Source: Octopus bimaculoides (Eukaryota). From it: a DNA stretch of 64,000 bases. Of the stretch, positions 27,259 to 40,985 are shown piece by piece. Both the position numbers and the translations under genes were made by a program. The DNA lies in assembly GCF_001194135.2 (NCBI RefSeq), contig NC_068981.1:55072680-55136679 (forward strand). Reading direction: 5' to 3'. The notes under the pieces are model-generated. The model did not search any database. It was given only the letters and a program-made list of their open reading frames with translations, and was not told the origin of the DNA. Position 1 is the stretch's first letter, and each line of letters starts with the position of its first letter.

Positions 27259-27840
27259 TTACGTCAATCTCCTTAAACATTAAATGCAAAATCTAACATT
27301 CTGGATATTGACTGATACATAAACTGTCTGACTGAAGAAATAAACATGGTTTTAACCACTTTGAAACAGGTGTTACTCACAAGGTCGAAATGGTGATCTT
27401 TCGGTTGTTAGAAAGTTTTTAGAGCAAGACTAAATTCGATTTACGTCACAGAGTAGAGGATCGGATTTCTTACATACTATAGTTATGTCTGACGTTAGTG
27501 ACGGAACATCTGCATCTACAATCATAATGATTTATACGTAGATGTATATGTCATAGGGTACTGTACATATCTATACAGTGATGCTGACGTCACTGAACGC
27601 ATAGGCCTTTAATGACCGTCAACACTAAACAAGCTGGCATGGTTATGGGACATATGTACATATCTCCTGACGTCACAGAACAGTAGATATACACATGTAG
27701 TTGTGTTGATGTCCGTAGTGGATACATGTACAGAGATGTTGACGTCAATAAAAAGGTTCGCTTGCAAGCAATGAGGAATGATAAGAAACTTGTATCTATT
27801 CTAGAGTGAGATATTTCCTTAAACCAGCTGCTACTATAAA
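27259..27840 (+). promoter_or_regulatory. cluster of CRE (TGACGTCA) sites followed by TATAAA
   Basis: perfect TGACGTCA at 27585, 27668 and 27740; near-matches TTACGTCA at 27259 and 27441 and TGACGTTA at 27490; TATAAA at 27835-27840. Motifs are seen directly, function is inferred. Confidence 0.4.
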
Positions 27841-28552
27841 CGCCTGTATTCATACTTATTTAATGTTTATAGACGAACATTTATGGTAGGATGGCGGTGA
27901 CGACAACGATAAACCTCATCAGCTAAATAAGATATATCTCAAGATAAATGCGGAAGAACTCCAGACGGTGAGTGGGTTCGGTTGAGGGCGACTCTGCAAT
28001 CCGATAAACCATATGTCTACATAGCTGACAATTATTCTGTACACACATCTGTAATAACAATTCCAATACCACTGGTTGATTGAGGTAAGGCCCAGTTGTG
28101 TAACCTTGGACTATATCTGTCTGTATATCTGTCTGTCTAGCTGTATGTCAGTCCGTTAGCTGATGAATAAAGAAAAAAGGGTGAAAGAGGAATGAATAGT
28201 AAAGTCTGAACGTAGGAAAGAATATTTCGTTGTGTACAGGCTTTCTCTGAAAATTAGCACAGGAACACTTAAATATATGTGTCTGTGTGTCAGTGTCTGT
28301 GTTTATGTATCTACGTGTCTAATCTGATCAACGCACGTAGCAATCTGCAGAGTTAAAGAGAGCTGCGATTATATAATCATTTTGTTGCCATATAGGGCTA
28401 CGTTGATGTGCAACCCCCTCCCTACACCATTCCATTATTTAATGTGAAGAAGTATTTGACCCAATATTAATATGAAGTAAAATGGGAGAATAAAATACAA
28501 GGAAATCTCTCTCTCTACCTTTCTCTCTCTTTCCCTCTCTCACAAATATACA

Positions 28553-28583
<31 letters not shown>

Positions 28584-28834
28584 CAGTATTTCCATTGGTT
28601 TTTCTGTTTTTTTTTATCTATGAGCTGCGGCTATGATGGAGCCTACCTCTAAATGACTAGGCCATGATGGCAACGCCAGTAGTTATTTCACTCTGACACA
28701 TAATTTATCAGGATTTATTTGTCAAACCGCAAAGTTACGAGGTATAAAGAGACACAGCAGAAACAACACCGGTTTTAAAAACCGAGGTTGATATAAACAG
28801 AGACAGCACAGACATTCACACATGCACTCTTTCA

Positions 28835-28878
<44 letters not shown>

Positions 28879-29057
28879 AGTGTGTGTGTGTGTGTGTGCA
28901 AATTAGTAGTTATTAGAGCAACGGATAGAATGCCCGGCATTGTTTATTCCGACCTTCTGCGCTTTAAGTTCAATTCTCACCGAGATCAACTTTGTCTTTT
29001 TACTAGTCCAGTTCAGGATTTGACTGAGCCTTCAAAGCGTCGGACGAGATGTCTTAC

Positions 29058-29207
29058 AGTGTCTGTTTGGATTTGGATTTTCCTTGGACAACATTAGTGA
29101 CACGGAGAAGAGTCTTGCAAGCTGAAACAACTGCTTGTCTTCCTCAAAAACGTTATCCAGGCCCATGGCTTGGAGAGGAATATTACAGGTGCCAATAATC
29201 AGGTTGT
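29058..29207 (-). CDS. candidate 150-nt phase 1-1 coding exon, C2-domain-like C-terminal strands
   Basis: pyrimidine-rich acceptor tccttgttttctgttgtAG|, donor ACT|GTAAGA, only one open frame: NLIIGTCNIPLQAMGLDNVFEEDKQLFQLARLFSVSLMLSKENPNPNRH. Confidence 0.5.
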
Positions 29208-30190
29208 CTACAACAGAAAACAAGGACCATTTCTGTTCTTATATACATGATGGGTACATACACGGTCAGTTTCTGGAATTTTAAATTTTGTGTGTGTATG
29301 CGTGTTTTTATTTTTGTTTATTTATTTATATATTTATTGTGGAGGAATAGGCTATCTTCTAACCATTTTCAGATCCTTCGTGACTAGTGAGATCAATACC
29401 ATTAATTTTCCGTTTGAATTGTTACAAGTCCAAGACTCCAAGACAAAAAAAAACCCCGTGTGTAAGGAGGAAATGCCAGTCTAGTTTGTTTGTGCGTAGC
29501 AGTAGCAACAGCAGCAGCAGTAGCAGCACTGTCCCAGGTGTGAGACCAGTACTACTTTTGCGAGTCTTACCTGGGCTTCATAACTAGTCAGTAGTTGTTA
29601 TGGCTGACATATTCTCTGACTCTGAAGAGAATAGCTAGTCTTTGCTATATTGAGAATAAGTGTTCACAATGGGAGATCGTAGGTGATGGTGACACCAAAC
29701 ATTTCAAACAACTGTGAGGTATCTAGTTGCAAGCTGTTCGTGTTTGTGGGATATTAGATGTGATAATGTTTTCTTAATAAGAAAATTGATTGTACCTTTT
29801 TGCTGCTGAAAGAGAAAGGCTTAGTATAACTCAATGGGAGTATGTTTTCTCTTGTCTGTTCATGGAGTCAACGCGTATTTGCAATGAGGTGCCTAGGTTG
29901 CACGTGAACGATGTTTGAATGCAGACGGTTAGAGAGGAATAAAGAATGGGGTAATATTTGTGTTCGATGTAGTGAGGACGAGCAGATCGTTGATGTAGAG
30001 GAATAAAAGTTTGCGGGACAAAACTCTGGGCACCCCAGAGCTGACAGTGTCAGAGTGTATTTCTCTCTCTCTCTTCTCTCTTCTCTCTCTTTTCTCTTCT
30101 CTCTTTCTCTCTCCCTCTCTGTATATTTATATGTATGTGTATACACACACACATATATGCTGTATATATGATTACACATATATACACGCT

Positions 30191-30272
<82 letters not shown>

Positions 30273-31311
30273 GTATCAATGTGTGTGTAATGTATCAATT
30301 AGAAATATCCGGAGGCACTCCTGATAATTACCTCAGTAAGTATGGTCCTTGGTATAAGGTATACGGCAGCAGGTAATTTAAGAGGTAAACCGTAGTTTAA
30401 TGTCTATATTGACGATAAGAAAATGGAGGGAAAATAACAAATAGAAGTGCGTCTGTTGTGCTAAAAAGCCATTATTTAATTAATTAAGCAAGGTGAGGGT
30501 AACAGTGGGTTTACAGCTGTTTCTGTATACTAAAGTTGAGGTAAATAGGTGTTTACTTCTTTGCAAATGGTAGACGTCATCAGAACGAAGAAGGCAGAGA
30601 TAGACAAAAAGGGGAATAGAGCGAAAGATAGAGGGAGAAATCGGAAAGGAAAAGTTCAATGATTCGAAAGTCTTACATTTTAGTTGTGTTCACAGTTCAT
30701 TAAATTCATTGTGAGGTAGTTGAAGAATAGAGGATGGTTGAATCCGAAGTCTCGTAGTTAGTTATTAGCATGACTTCCACATATCTGCCTGTTTATGTAA
30801 ACCCACTCTTACCCTCACCTTAATTAATTAAATAATGGCTTATTAGCACAACAGACACACTTCTATTTGTTGTTTTCCATCCATTTTCTTATCGTCTATA
30901 TATATATATATNNNNNNNNNNNNNNNNNNNNNNNNNNNNNNNNNNNNNNNNNNNNNNNNNNNNNNNNNNNNNNNNNNNNNNNNNNNNNNNNNNNNNNNNN
31001 NNNNNNNNNNNNNNNNNNNNNNNNNNNNNNNNNNNNNNNNNNNNNNNNNNNNNNNNNNNNNNNNNNNNNNNNNNNNNNNNNNNNNNNNNNNNNNNNNNNN
31101 NNNNNNNNNNNNNNNNNNNNNNNNNNNNNNNNNNNNNNNNNNNNNNNNNNNNNNNNNNNNNNNNNNNNNNNNNNNNNNNNNNNNNNNNNNNNNNNNNNNN
31201 NNNNNNNNNNNNNNNNNNNNNNNNNNNNNNNNNNNNNNNNNNNNNNNNNNNNNNNNNNNNNNNNNNNNNNNNNNNNNNNNNNNNNNNNNNNNNNNNNNNN
31301 NNNNNNNNNNN

Positions 31312-31354
<43 letters not shown>

Positions 31355-33999
31355 CGTATGTATGTGCATGTGTTTGTGTATGTGCGATGGGCTTTCGCGC
31401 AGATACTGTCTAGCAAATTCCATTCACAATCTCTTAGTTAACCCAAGGCTATGACAGAAGAGACTTGCTCCAGGGAGCTGCGAAGAATAATGAATCCCAG
31501 AACCACATGGTTGAGGAGCGAGGGTCTTAAACGTATAGCAGTAACATGACTTTATAAACATTTCTATGTTGATATTCCGTCTCATGATAGCCTGCCCAGT
31601 AAGAAATTTGAGCGCCACGAATATCATTTTCTCAATCTCCTTAACTTTTCAACGGAACTGTTCAGCAATGGATGGTTACCTTTATTATCAATGAACTGAG
31701 CCTCTTTACTGTTTGAATATATATCAATTATCCTTTCAGCTTCCGGTTTGTAGTATGTGTATGTGATTGAATATATACGTATATGTATGTATAAAATCTA
31801 TAGCCGTCACACCCAAGCTAGTATAACTTGGTAGTATGTTCCACGTTTTCAATAATTTTTCAGGTATCTATGATTTGATGGAGATTTAGCAAATATTTCT
31901 AAGACGTCTTCGTTGGCTCGAGAGGGTCCTTCGTCTTTATAGATACCGAATAGTTTATGCAATCAAGCTCTAATTTTATCACACATAAATGAATAAGTTT
32001 CTAGAAAATTAAAAGATTATTTCTAGGGATATGAATTGCAAATATATTTTCCTTCTTTTCCTACATACCAGCAAAAAGGAGACCTCTTATAGTCTTGTTG
32101 ATAGAATAATGCACGTGGTTAATGAGTATAGGTTTGAAATAATATGTAAGTCAGACACAATATATCAGATCTTAATTTATATCAATCAAGGCAAGTATTC
32201 ATTTATGTGTTTGTAAGAATGTACATAGATATTATCATCTTTTACAAAGTCAATTAAATAATATGTTGTAGATTGTTATAGAAAATGTGCACACAAATCT
32301 TTGTGTTGGTAAAGGGAAATTGCTTACAAAGCCGATACTAGGCAGCAGCGAACAGAAAATGCAAATGTTTTAAAACTGTTAGAAGTTATTCTGTTGAGGA
32401 ACAGCTAACATAAGAACGAAAAAGACAGCTTACCCAAGGCTGCCGGTGACAGTTAGTATGAGGAGTGTTTTCTCTTTAAATAACCAAAATGACTCACAGA
32501 TTACTGATCTTTCATTGGTTAAAGTAACATACGTAATAGCAACGAAACTAAAATGTATGTACATATAAAGTCGCTGTAACTTCAAATACATTCTAAACTG
32601 TGATCTATGTGGTTTGAACGATTTCACAAGAGCAGAAATAAACTGATGATCAGAAGATACATTATTGAACAAACATTTCCTTAGTTTGCAGTACTGAATT
32701 TAATTATTCTTTAACCTAGAATGGTAAACCGCTTCTCAGTATTCTCTGTGAGAGTTCCTGAAATGAACAGGATCACCGGAGTTCAGCATCCCTATCGGCA
32801 TACACAAATGCATGAAGTCGGTAAAAACATCGCCATCATCATCACTACTACTACTAATATTATCAACAACAACAATAACACGAATTCTAAAAACAGAAAA
32901 TAAAAGCTATTTAGGTTCTTGATTGTAATTCTAGTAAAGAAACTAAATTGTTTGTAAACACAGAATAGTAGAACTGAAGTGAATGTAAGAGAGTTGTTTA
33001 AAGAAGACAAAAGAGATGGAGTGAGGTGAAGATAGAGTGCTGGCAATGCTAAAAAAACACAGACTGTTTGTATTTGAGTCAGCGCATGCGTGCGTGTTTG
33101 TATGCGAATGAAAGCTGTCTGTATCAGCTATGTTAGCGCGTGTGTTTATGTTGATGATAACGAATGTTGTATAAAATAAGAGCTGTTACCGTAAGCTGAG
33201 AAGTGGAGGAGTGGATGGGAAAGAATACAAGAAAACAGGAGACATGAAAACGGAAACTTTGTTTCTGAGACATAATTGAAAAAGAGAAACTTTGTTTTCT
33301 CATTACGACAAAACTGTCAGTTAAAATTTTGTTTTAGCACAAGTATAGTGCATGAGTAATTATGGCATTCATGAACCTTCCAAAGAATCAACAATGCAAT
33401 AATAACGTCATATTGCTACAGCTGATATTTTTAAGTTAGCCTTAGTGTTACCTCATTTGAAATTTTATTTAATTTTAGAATTTTATGTTACATCATAAAT
33501 TTTAGTAATCGTTGATTATAGGCTTCCAACAGATCAATCAATTGTTCGCTACATTTCCGACGGTGAACTCGGCAAAAAGTATCCTAGTAATTCGAGCGGA
33601 ATAAATATCACACGGTGTGTGTCTGAATGCACCAGTTCTTTTGACGTAGTATATCAGCGAAAAATGTCAAAACAAGTTCTGAGAGAATTTCTGTTGAAGA
33701 GGTACTTTTTCTTCAAAACTTTTCTGTCCCTTTTGGTCTTGAGCTTTCCTTCTTTCTTAATATGACTGAAATACTTGCAATTTTTTCCGTCTTGCTATTT
33801 ATGTGATTCTTTCTCTCTTCCCAACTAAAGCATTAAGTTGTTCTAAGGTCGACTGGTTGGCCCATATTTCCTTTCAAGTAAGGTCAAGAATTTGGAGAAA
33901 GTATCTCACTTTGAAAGCTGACAGTTTCGTCTCAGTAGGTTTTAGTATGTCTATATCTCCATCCATATAATACAATTGCATAAATACTATTAGCCTTAG

Positions 34000-35250
34000 T
34001 TTGTCACTTAATACAATATTCTTGCTGCTCCAGATCTTTCAAAATTAAGCTGGTGTTATTTCAATTCACCTCTTTATCACAGTTTCGTGTATTATATTCT
34101 CGTTGATTTGAGACCCATTAGCCTCAAGTGAATGTTATTGTTTGTTTGTTCTATGAGTTGTTTTCCTGTCACCATGGCCTGACCCTTTCCATATCATATT
34201 TACTTGAAGCCATCTCCAATTTGTGATAATATATCATTCGTTTTTAGAACCAGCTAATAACACAAGGTCATCTGTAAATCTTATATAGTAGTCATTTCTC
34301 TAACCTTCTCTGTTCCTTCAGAATCCTCTAGAATATCAGTCATGAAATGAAAAGTCTGAGTGATGATAAGTAGCGTTGCCAAACTCCAACATTCTTTCAA
34401 ACTATTTCAACGTATCATGTTGTTTTGAACAATATATGTACTATTCTCATATATATTTCACTGTATTCCAATTGCACTGGGATTCTTGACTGTTCTTGTT
34501 ACCCAACAGACTTTTATTTCCAAAGCCTGTCAAAAGCTTTTATGAAGTCAACAAATGTGTAGAATACTTGATGTTGATAACCTCCAAATTTATCAGCAAT
34601 GGTTCTCATGTTGGTTGCCTGTTCTACGGTGCTGCCACCTTCTTGGAACCCTATTTGATCTTTAGCAGTAGTTTTTATTGCATGGAATTTTAGACAATTA
34701 TTTCTTATTTAAGTATTAGTTTGTTAGGTACCTTATTAAGCTGATGGTGCGGTAATTGTTATAGTTCTGCAAATTTTCTTTTTACGTCAATGCAATCATG
34801 AAAATTTTTGTCTATTCAGATAAACGTTCTCGTGTTACCCAAATTCAGTCCCATGTTTTGTGCAATAATCTTATATATATATATATATATATATATGCTT
34901 ACTGGTTCAAACTTTTATTGGTTCTTCTATTTTATGTGGAAATATATGATTCTAACTCCTGTTGCTGTTCTGCATTTCCTGATCTTTCTTGTTTGAGTAT
35001 TTACAGAATGGTCGAATCTGTCCTAATGGGATAGTTGTATAGCTTGCTTGTTCATATATTCTAGCCATGTTTCTTAAATTTGCTTCCTGTCTATCAGCAG
35101 GTTACCATTTCAGTAGCGGTCGTTGCAATTTTTTCTGTTGTTTACCGTCACCTCACTGACAATTCCATATGCTTTACTCATGTTATATCTCCCAAAACTA
35201 TTTTGCAGTTCTTAGTAGTTCTTTTATTTCGAATTCCCCCTAACTACTTC

Positions 35251-35293
<43 letters not shown>

Positions 35294-35600
35294 GTTTATA
35301 TTTTTGTATCTTCGTTTATATCATACTGGAGCTTTACGGCGCTTCTTTCGTCACATTTGTCTAGATTGTTGATTATCATGCAGAGCTGTTTTGCTTGAGC
35401 TTTGCTTGGGGTTATAGTATCACCTTCATTAGTTCCCAATGTGAAATTTGAGCTATTTCTCCAACACTCGCATCTTTCAGCACCTGTAGTGAGTCTATCT
35501 CCAATTTCTTGCCAAAATCGAAATCGCAAAAAAAGTTTATATCATTGTTTTGTGACCCTAACCACAACTTTTCAGGGGTTCACCAAAAGAAGCTCTAAAA
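34000..35600 (-). mobile_element. RTE-clade LINE RT region, decayed and interrupted by (TA)n
   Basis: minus-strand DQIGFQEGGSTVEQ, VDFIKAFD and RFTDDLVLLA motifs. Confidence 0.85.
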
Positions 35601-36949
35601 AAATCAAAATAACATCTTCCACCTACCACTACGTACTTGGATAAATTTAATCGACAATGCCTATGTCCCAGAACGTTTGGCCTTGTCTTTATATTGGAAG
35701 TAGGTATTAAGAAACTGAATAATGGTTCCGTGTGTTCACAGAAATGGTAGAGCGCCAGATTAAATACTTCTCAGTATTTAAATTAATTTGTGTGTGTGTA
35801 TGCGCGCGCGCTTTGAATTGAAATACCACACAAGTCAACTTTTCCGTTCACTACTTTGAGTCTTTGAAATACATATAAGTTATGTACCTGAGCTGATTCA
35901 ATTAGCCAAATCTCTTTTCCAACAAATATGTGGCCTAATGCCAATATTAGAAATTAATATTAAGAAGATGAAAAATAAAAAACATCAGTAGTAAAAGCAA
36001 AAAAAACTGAAAGAAGTTTAAATATTTCTATTTGTCGGTTTGAGTTGGTATGAACGTGACTTTTATAAAATTGATAACAAATCACCAAGTAACAAATAAC
36101 AGCTGATATTCAGCATCTTACTTGCAACTGTAATTGTAGAAAATTAAAATCTGTTATAATTCTAGCCACCTGTTGTGTGAGGAAAAGATCAGTAGCCTTA
36201 GTACTTTTAAACCATATTCACCTGAGAGATAGACATGACTGGGTGAGATAAGTACGACGGTTAATGTTCAATTTGAGTTGCAGCAGGTTTTAGTTGGAAC
36301 AGAAAGAAGGAGAGAGAATTCCGAGGAAATAAAGGTGTAGGAAAAAAGATTGCATTTAGGTGGTGACAGAAAGATTAGAAAAGCAAAGACTGTTCTGGTA
36401 TAAGTTAAATATGCGGATATAGATGGTGAAAGAGGTGGGGAAGGAAGTGGTAATCATTATTTTGAGAAAGTTGGTTAACTCAGTTCTGCTCTGACTTCGT
36501 AGGCATGTGATCAAAGGGGATCTAGTCATGCCAATTCGTCTTTTTACTACACCTTTTCGCTTTCTGCATTTTAAATTAGATGGATTTCAAATTAAAATAA
36601 ACGAACCATCTATGCATCGTATTGCATCCGCACAGTCGATAGGCCAGTTACAGCTGTATTTGTCCCGAGATAACATCTCTTAAGGATTAGTTGTATTAAA
36701 AACACAATAAATATCAGAAGGAAACGAAAATTCCTCCTAGCAGCGGCTAGAGAGAGCAACAAATGCATTTCAGCCCTTTTAGACCTTTTCAATAGGGCCT
36801 TACTCGCAGCCAACCATAAGTTCGGACGAGAATTTGTCGTCTTTGATAAAGATAAAAGTGAACAGAACATTTACTAATACTATGAATAGCTGCCAGGCTG
36901 ATTCAAAATCCTGTATACGAAATTGGGGCAGTATTTAATTAAAATATGC

Positions 36950-37321
36950 ATCTATGTATCAGGTGGTTATTCTCAACATCACAGGAACATATCTCGCAAG
37001 TTAGAGGATAACAGCAAACACAACAGGCCTGAAAAGTCATGCAGTTATTGAGGATGTGAACATACTATGAAAAGTTCAAGAGAAAGAGAACATTTATGGT
37101 GAAGTAATACAGAACTTTCGGCTCTTGTACTCTGGTTATATATTTTCATTTGCACCTATTATCATAGGAGCATTGGGTATGTAACTACAGGTTTGCAGAA
37201 AAACTTAGAAATGCAAAGATTTTCAAAGAAAGAGCAAAAGAAACTGACGCGCATCCTCCAATTCCAATCTATTATAGGCACAGCAAATATTTGTAAGACA
37301 TTCCAAAGATTCTCCAACTAA
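36950..37321 (+). mobile_element. R4/Dong-like non-LTR retrotransposon 3' end (restriction-like endonuclease)
   Basis: KHNRP(E) followed by QEKENIYGEVIQNFRLLYSGYIFSFAPIIIGALGYVT...ICKTFQRF*, typical of the REL domain of R2-group elements. Confidence 0.75.
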
Positions 37322-37394
37322 GATTCTTTAAATGGATATATGCACACACTTGACTGTGTGCATCAACGGAGACACATATATAAAAATTAATGAT

Positions 37395-37432
<38 letters not shown>

Positions 37433-38757
37433 NNNNNNNNNNNNNNNNNNNNNNNNNNNNNNNNNNNNNNNNNNNNNNNNNNNNNNNNNNNNNNNNNNNN
37501 NNNNNNNNNNNNNNNNNNNNNNNNNNNNNNNNNNNNNNNNNNNNNNNNNNNNNNNNNNNNNNNNNNNNNNNNNNNNNNNNNNNNNNNNNNNNNNNNNNNN
37601 NNNNNNNNNNNNNNNNNNNNNNNNNNNNNNNNNNNNNNNNNNNNNNNNNNNNNNNNNNNNNNNNNNNNNNNNNNNNNNNNNNNNNNNNNNNNNAAAACCT
37701 CATAAGGAAAAAAAAAACATCATTTTTTTCCCTAAATATATATAATTTAATTTATGTCCCTCTAAGCGTGAGGCATCATTGTATAGTAATGCCTTTATAT
37801 ATATATGTCACTTTGTAAATGAGCAGCTTCAACTCCATGGTAAAATTTACATATAAGTCACAGAAAAGCATGCACACACATCCAGATATGTATGCTTCGA
37901 TGTGTGTTACGGAGAGCATTGCAAGTGTTAAGAGTGAAGAATATTAGCTATAAACATAGTGTGGCGCCAGTTAAAAGATACAACTAGTCAATCTACATGG
38001 ACGCTCTCATTTGAGATACAGACGAATAAAAAAAAAATACCTAACCAATGCTTTTAATGATCGAGGCCTGAAAATTTGACCTTGACCTAATATACTAATG
38101 AACAAATTTGATCACCAGATGATGGTAGGAAACCTCCTTAACAAGGTTAACAAATGAGACACCGATGACATTTCAGTGTTGATTGGCATCGGAAAGATCA
38201 TACATAAATATAAACAAACTTATAGTCAACGACATAGTAAACCCTAAGAAAATCTTGATCCAACTTGAAACAGCTTGCTTATATTAGCTTCTCTACTCAG
38301 TGCTTAATGTGAATTCTACGTGTGCCAGCACCACTAATATACATACGATTATGAATAGGTGAATATGTGTTTATAAACATTAATCAGATATCTTTATGTT
38401 TATAAACGCACACACGCACATGCACACATATATGTATGTATGTATATAAGTGCGTGTGTATACATACATACATATATATATANNNNNNNNNNNNNNNNNN
38501 NNNNNNNNNNNNNNNNNNNNNNNNNNNNNNNNNNNNNNNNNNNNNNNNNNNNNNNNNNNNNNNNNNNNNNNNNNNNNNNNNNNNNNNNNNNNNNNNNNNN
38601 NNNNNNNNNNNNNNNNNNNNNNNNNNNNNNNNNNNNNNNNNNNNNNNNNNNNNNNNNNNNNNNNNNNNNNNNNNNNNNNNNNNNNNNNNNNNNNNNNNNN
38701 NNNNNNNNNNNNNNNNNNNNNNNNNNNNNNNNNNNNNNNNNNNNNNNNNNNNNNNNA

Positions 38758-38798
<41 letters not shown>

Positions 38799-38856
38799 GT
38801 ATATGTATGTATACACACACACACATATATATACATGCATATGTGTGTGTATGTAT

Positions 38857-38912
<56 letters not shown>

Positions 38913-39276
38913 ATGTATGTATTATACTATTGACGTCATAAGAATTTATAAAATTTCGAGAAACCGTGAAATAGATCTTTTTTAAACAGTGGATCTTGAA
39001 ACATATAAAGTTATAAATATTAGTGTTCCCTTCTCCTCCTTCTCCCATCGCCACCAGCTCCATTGTCTGCATACCTTGCACCTTTAAAATCTATTTTTTT
39101 TCCCCTGATTCATGAACTTGCAAGCCCTGGCTACCCCCACAATCTCCGTCTATAACTGCCCAACCGCATGACCTCATCCTTTCACCCTTAGCTGCCTTCT
39201 CGTTTCATGTCCATGACTCAGCCATACCCTTCGTTTCTCCCACTCCTTCCCTTCCAAGTCCCCTGTTCTCCACAGT

Positions 39277-39423
39277 CAGTCATGGACAATTTGCGGCCCG
39301 CAGAACTTTGTGAATGGCACGCTTAACGAAAAATTACTTTGAATTCTTTTAATAGTGCGACTTACCTAATGATGCTCCATGTCTCATGCGGCCTGCTTCT
39401 CGAAAAAGGTTTGCCTATGCATG
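39277..39423. mobile_element. probable hAT-type MITE
   Basis: ends cagtcatggacaa and ttgcctatgcatg with subterminal gcggcccgc/gcggcctgc; 8-bp TSD not clearly matched. Confidence 0.45.
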
Positions 39424-40869
39424 CCATGGACATTAAATCTCTCCGCTCTATCATACTTCATAATGACTGTCTCTTGGCTCACCACTACTTCCTGAATCAT
39501 CGCACCAGCATCTAATTTTATAAGTACACTCTTTGCCGCTTAGCTGAACTAGTAATCACCCATAACTAAGGTTGCTATAGAAACGAGAAGTGAATCGTTG
39601 ATACAATGGAAATATAATCTTAATGTGCTTACCTTAGTAAAGAACTCAATTTTATAGAAAATATGTGCATCTAAATAAAAAATGAAACATCAGATAGCCT
39701 GCCATAGCTGTCTTTTGTCTTCTGATTAAGCAATAACAAAAACAGAGAAATAAAAACATCATTCTGCCCTGCAAAAATGCCCTGCTGTTGTAAATGATTG
39801 ATGTAACTGCTCGTTCGCGTGAAATATTTTGGAATATAGTGATACTAGACTCTGCCAGACAATTCACTGATAACCTTCCTTTTGGTATCATACATTGGAT
39901 TAGGTAATACAAACTACACGTATCAAGTTGTAAATCTAAATTTCAAACAGTACCAGAGTCAACCTTTTCGGTTAAAGTCGATTAAATAAATATCATCCAG
40001 GTAGTGGAGCCACTCCAACTGACTATTATATCTTGCTTTGAAACCATTAATCCTGCACCAAGCTTAAAGATGCTCCAAAATAAAAAATAAAAACTTAGGA
40101 GCCAATGAAGGAGCTTCTAAATTGTTGATTGAAATAACAACCTAATCTTCCCTAAATTACTCGTCACTGTCTTAGAAAATAACTCATTTGGAGTTTGCCC
40201 TGGGAAAAGAAAGAATGGTCAGCACTAGATTGCCTTCAGTCTTAGGTCTACTCAACGAGGACTGAAAACAACAACTTCAACAAGGATAACATCCGCAATA
40301 GCACCAGCAACAACATTATTTATCCAACTGCCGTGTTCCGACCGAGTCGTGGGCACGGCATTGCAAAGTTAAAGAGTTCGCTTCAGAATAGCGTGGTTTT
40401 GCATTCGATCTCGCGTTGCGGCACGTTAAAGATGTTTCTTTCATAGTAGCTTCGGTATTTGGCAAAGATTGTAAGAAGGCTGTCGGTGGAGCTATTCCTT
40501 TTCAGTGTGGTATACTTAAAACATTGCCCAGTTTAACACCACTATCTGCTTATATGGATGTCTTTAGTGGTACCCACTCTGTTGAAAGTAATTAGATCAA
40601 GTCTCCAGTCTCAGGTTAGCATACTCCCCACGACATTACTGTTCTAGAAGGCCCTGGAAATAGTCATTGGCGCTGCACTTCCTTCTTTGTAACTGATACA
40701 TTAAAATAGAAGCTGGACAAATGCCTGAAATAATTGAAAAATCAGGCCTATATTGTGCATAATCGTTGATCGACTTTATGCATGCTGTAGGTTTCCTCTA
40801 CAAAAATGAACCTGGGCTACATAACAACAACAATAATTACTCCCCAAATGGGAGATCTTGTGCGCCCAT

Positions 40870-40871
40870 GT

Positions 40872-40907
<36 letters not shown>

Positions 40908-40985
40908 CAGCAGCAGCAGCAGTAGTAGTGGATGTGGTGGTGGTGGTGGTGGTGGTAGTGGTAAAGGTGGCGGTGGTGGCAGCTA
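40870..40985. repeat. compound trinucleotide repeat (GTA)n(GCA)n(GTG)n
   Basis: direct inspection. Confidence 0.95.

Noticed and set aside
31680-32547. Phase-compatible chain of weak minus-strand exons 32434-32547 and 31680-31708 leading into the 29207 exon, plus a 72-nt candidate at 30332-30403
   Set aside because: Acceptors are weak or phases incompatible, and C2 resemblance is marginal; not distinguishable from chance by eye.
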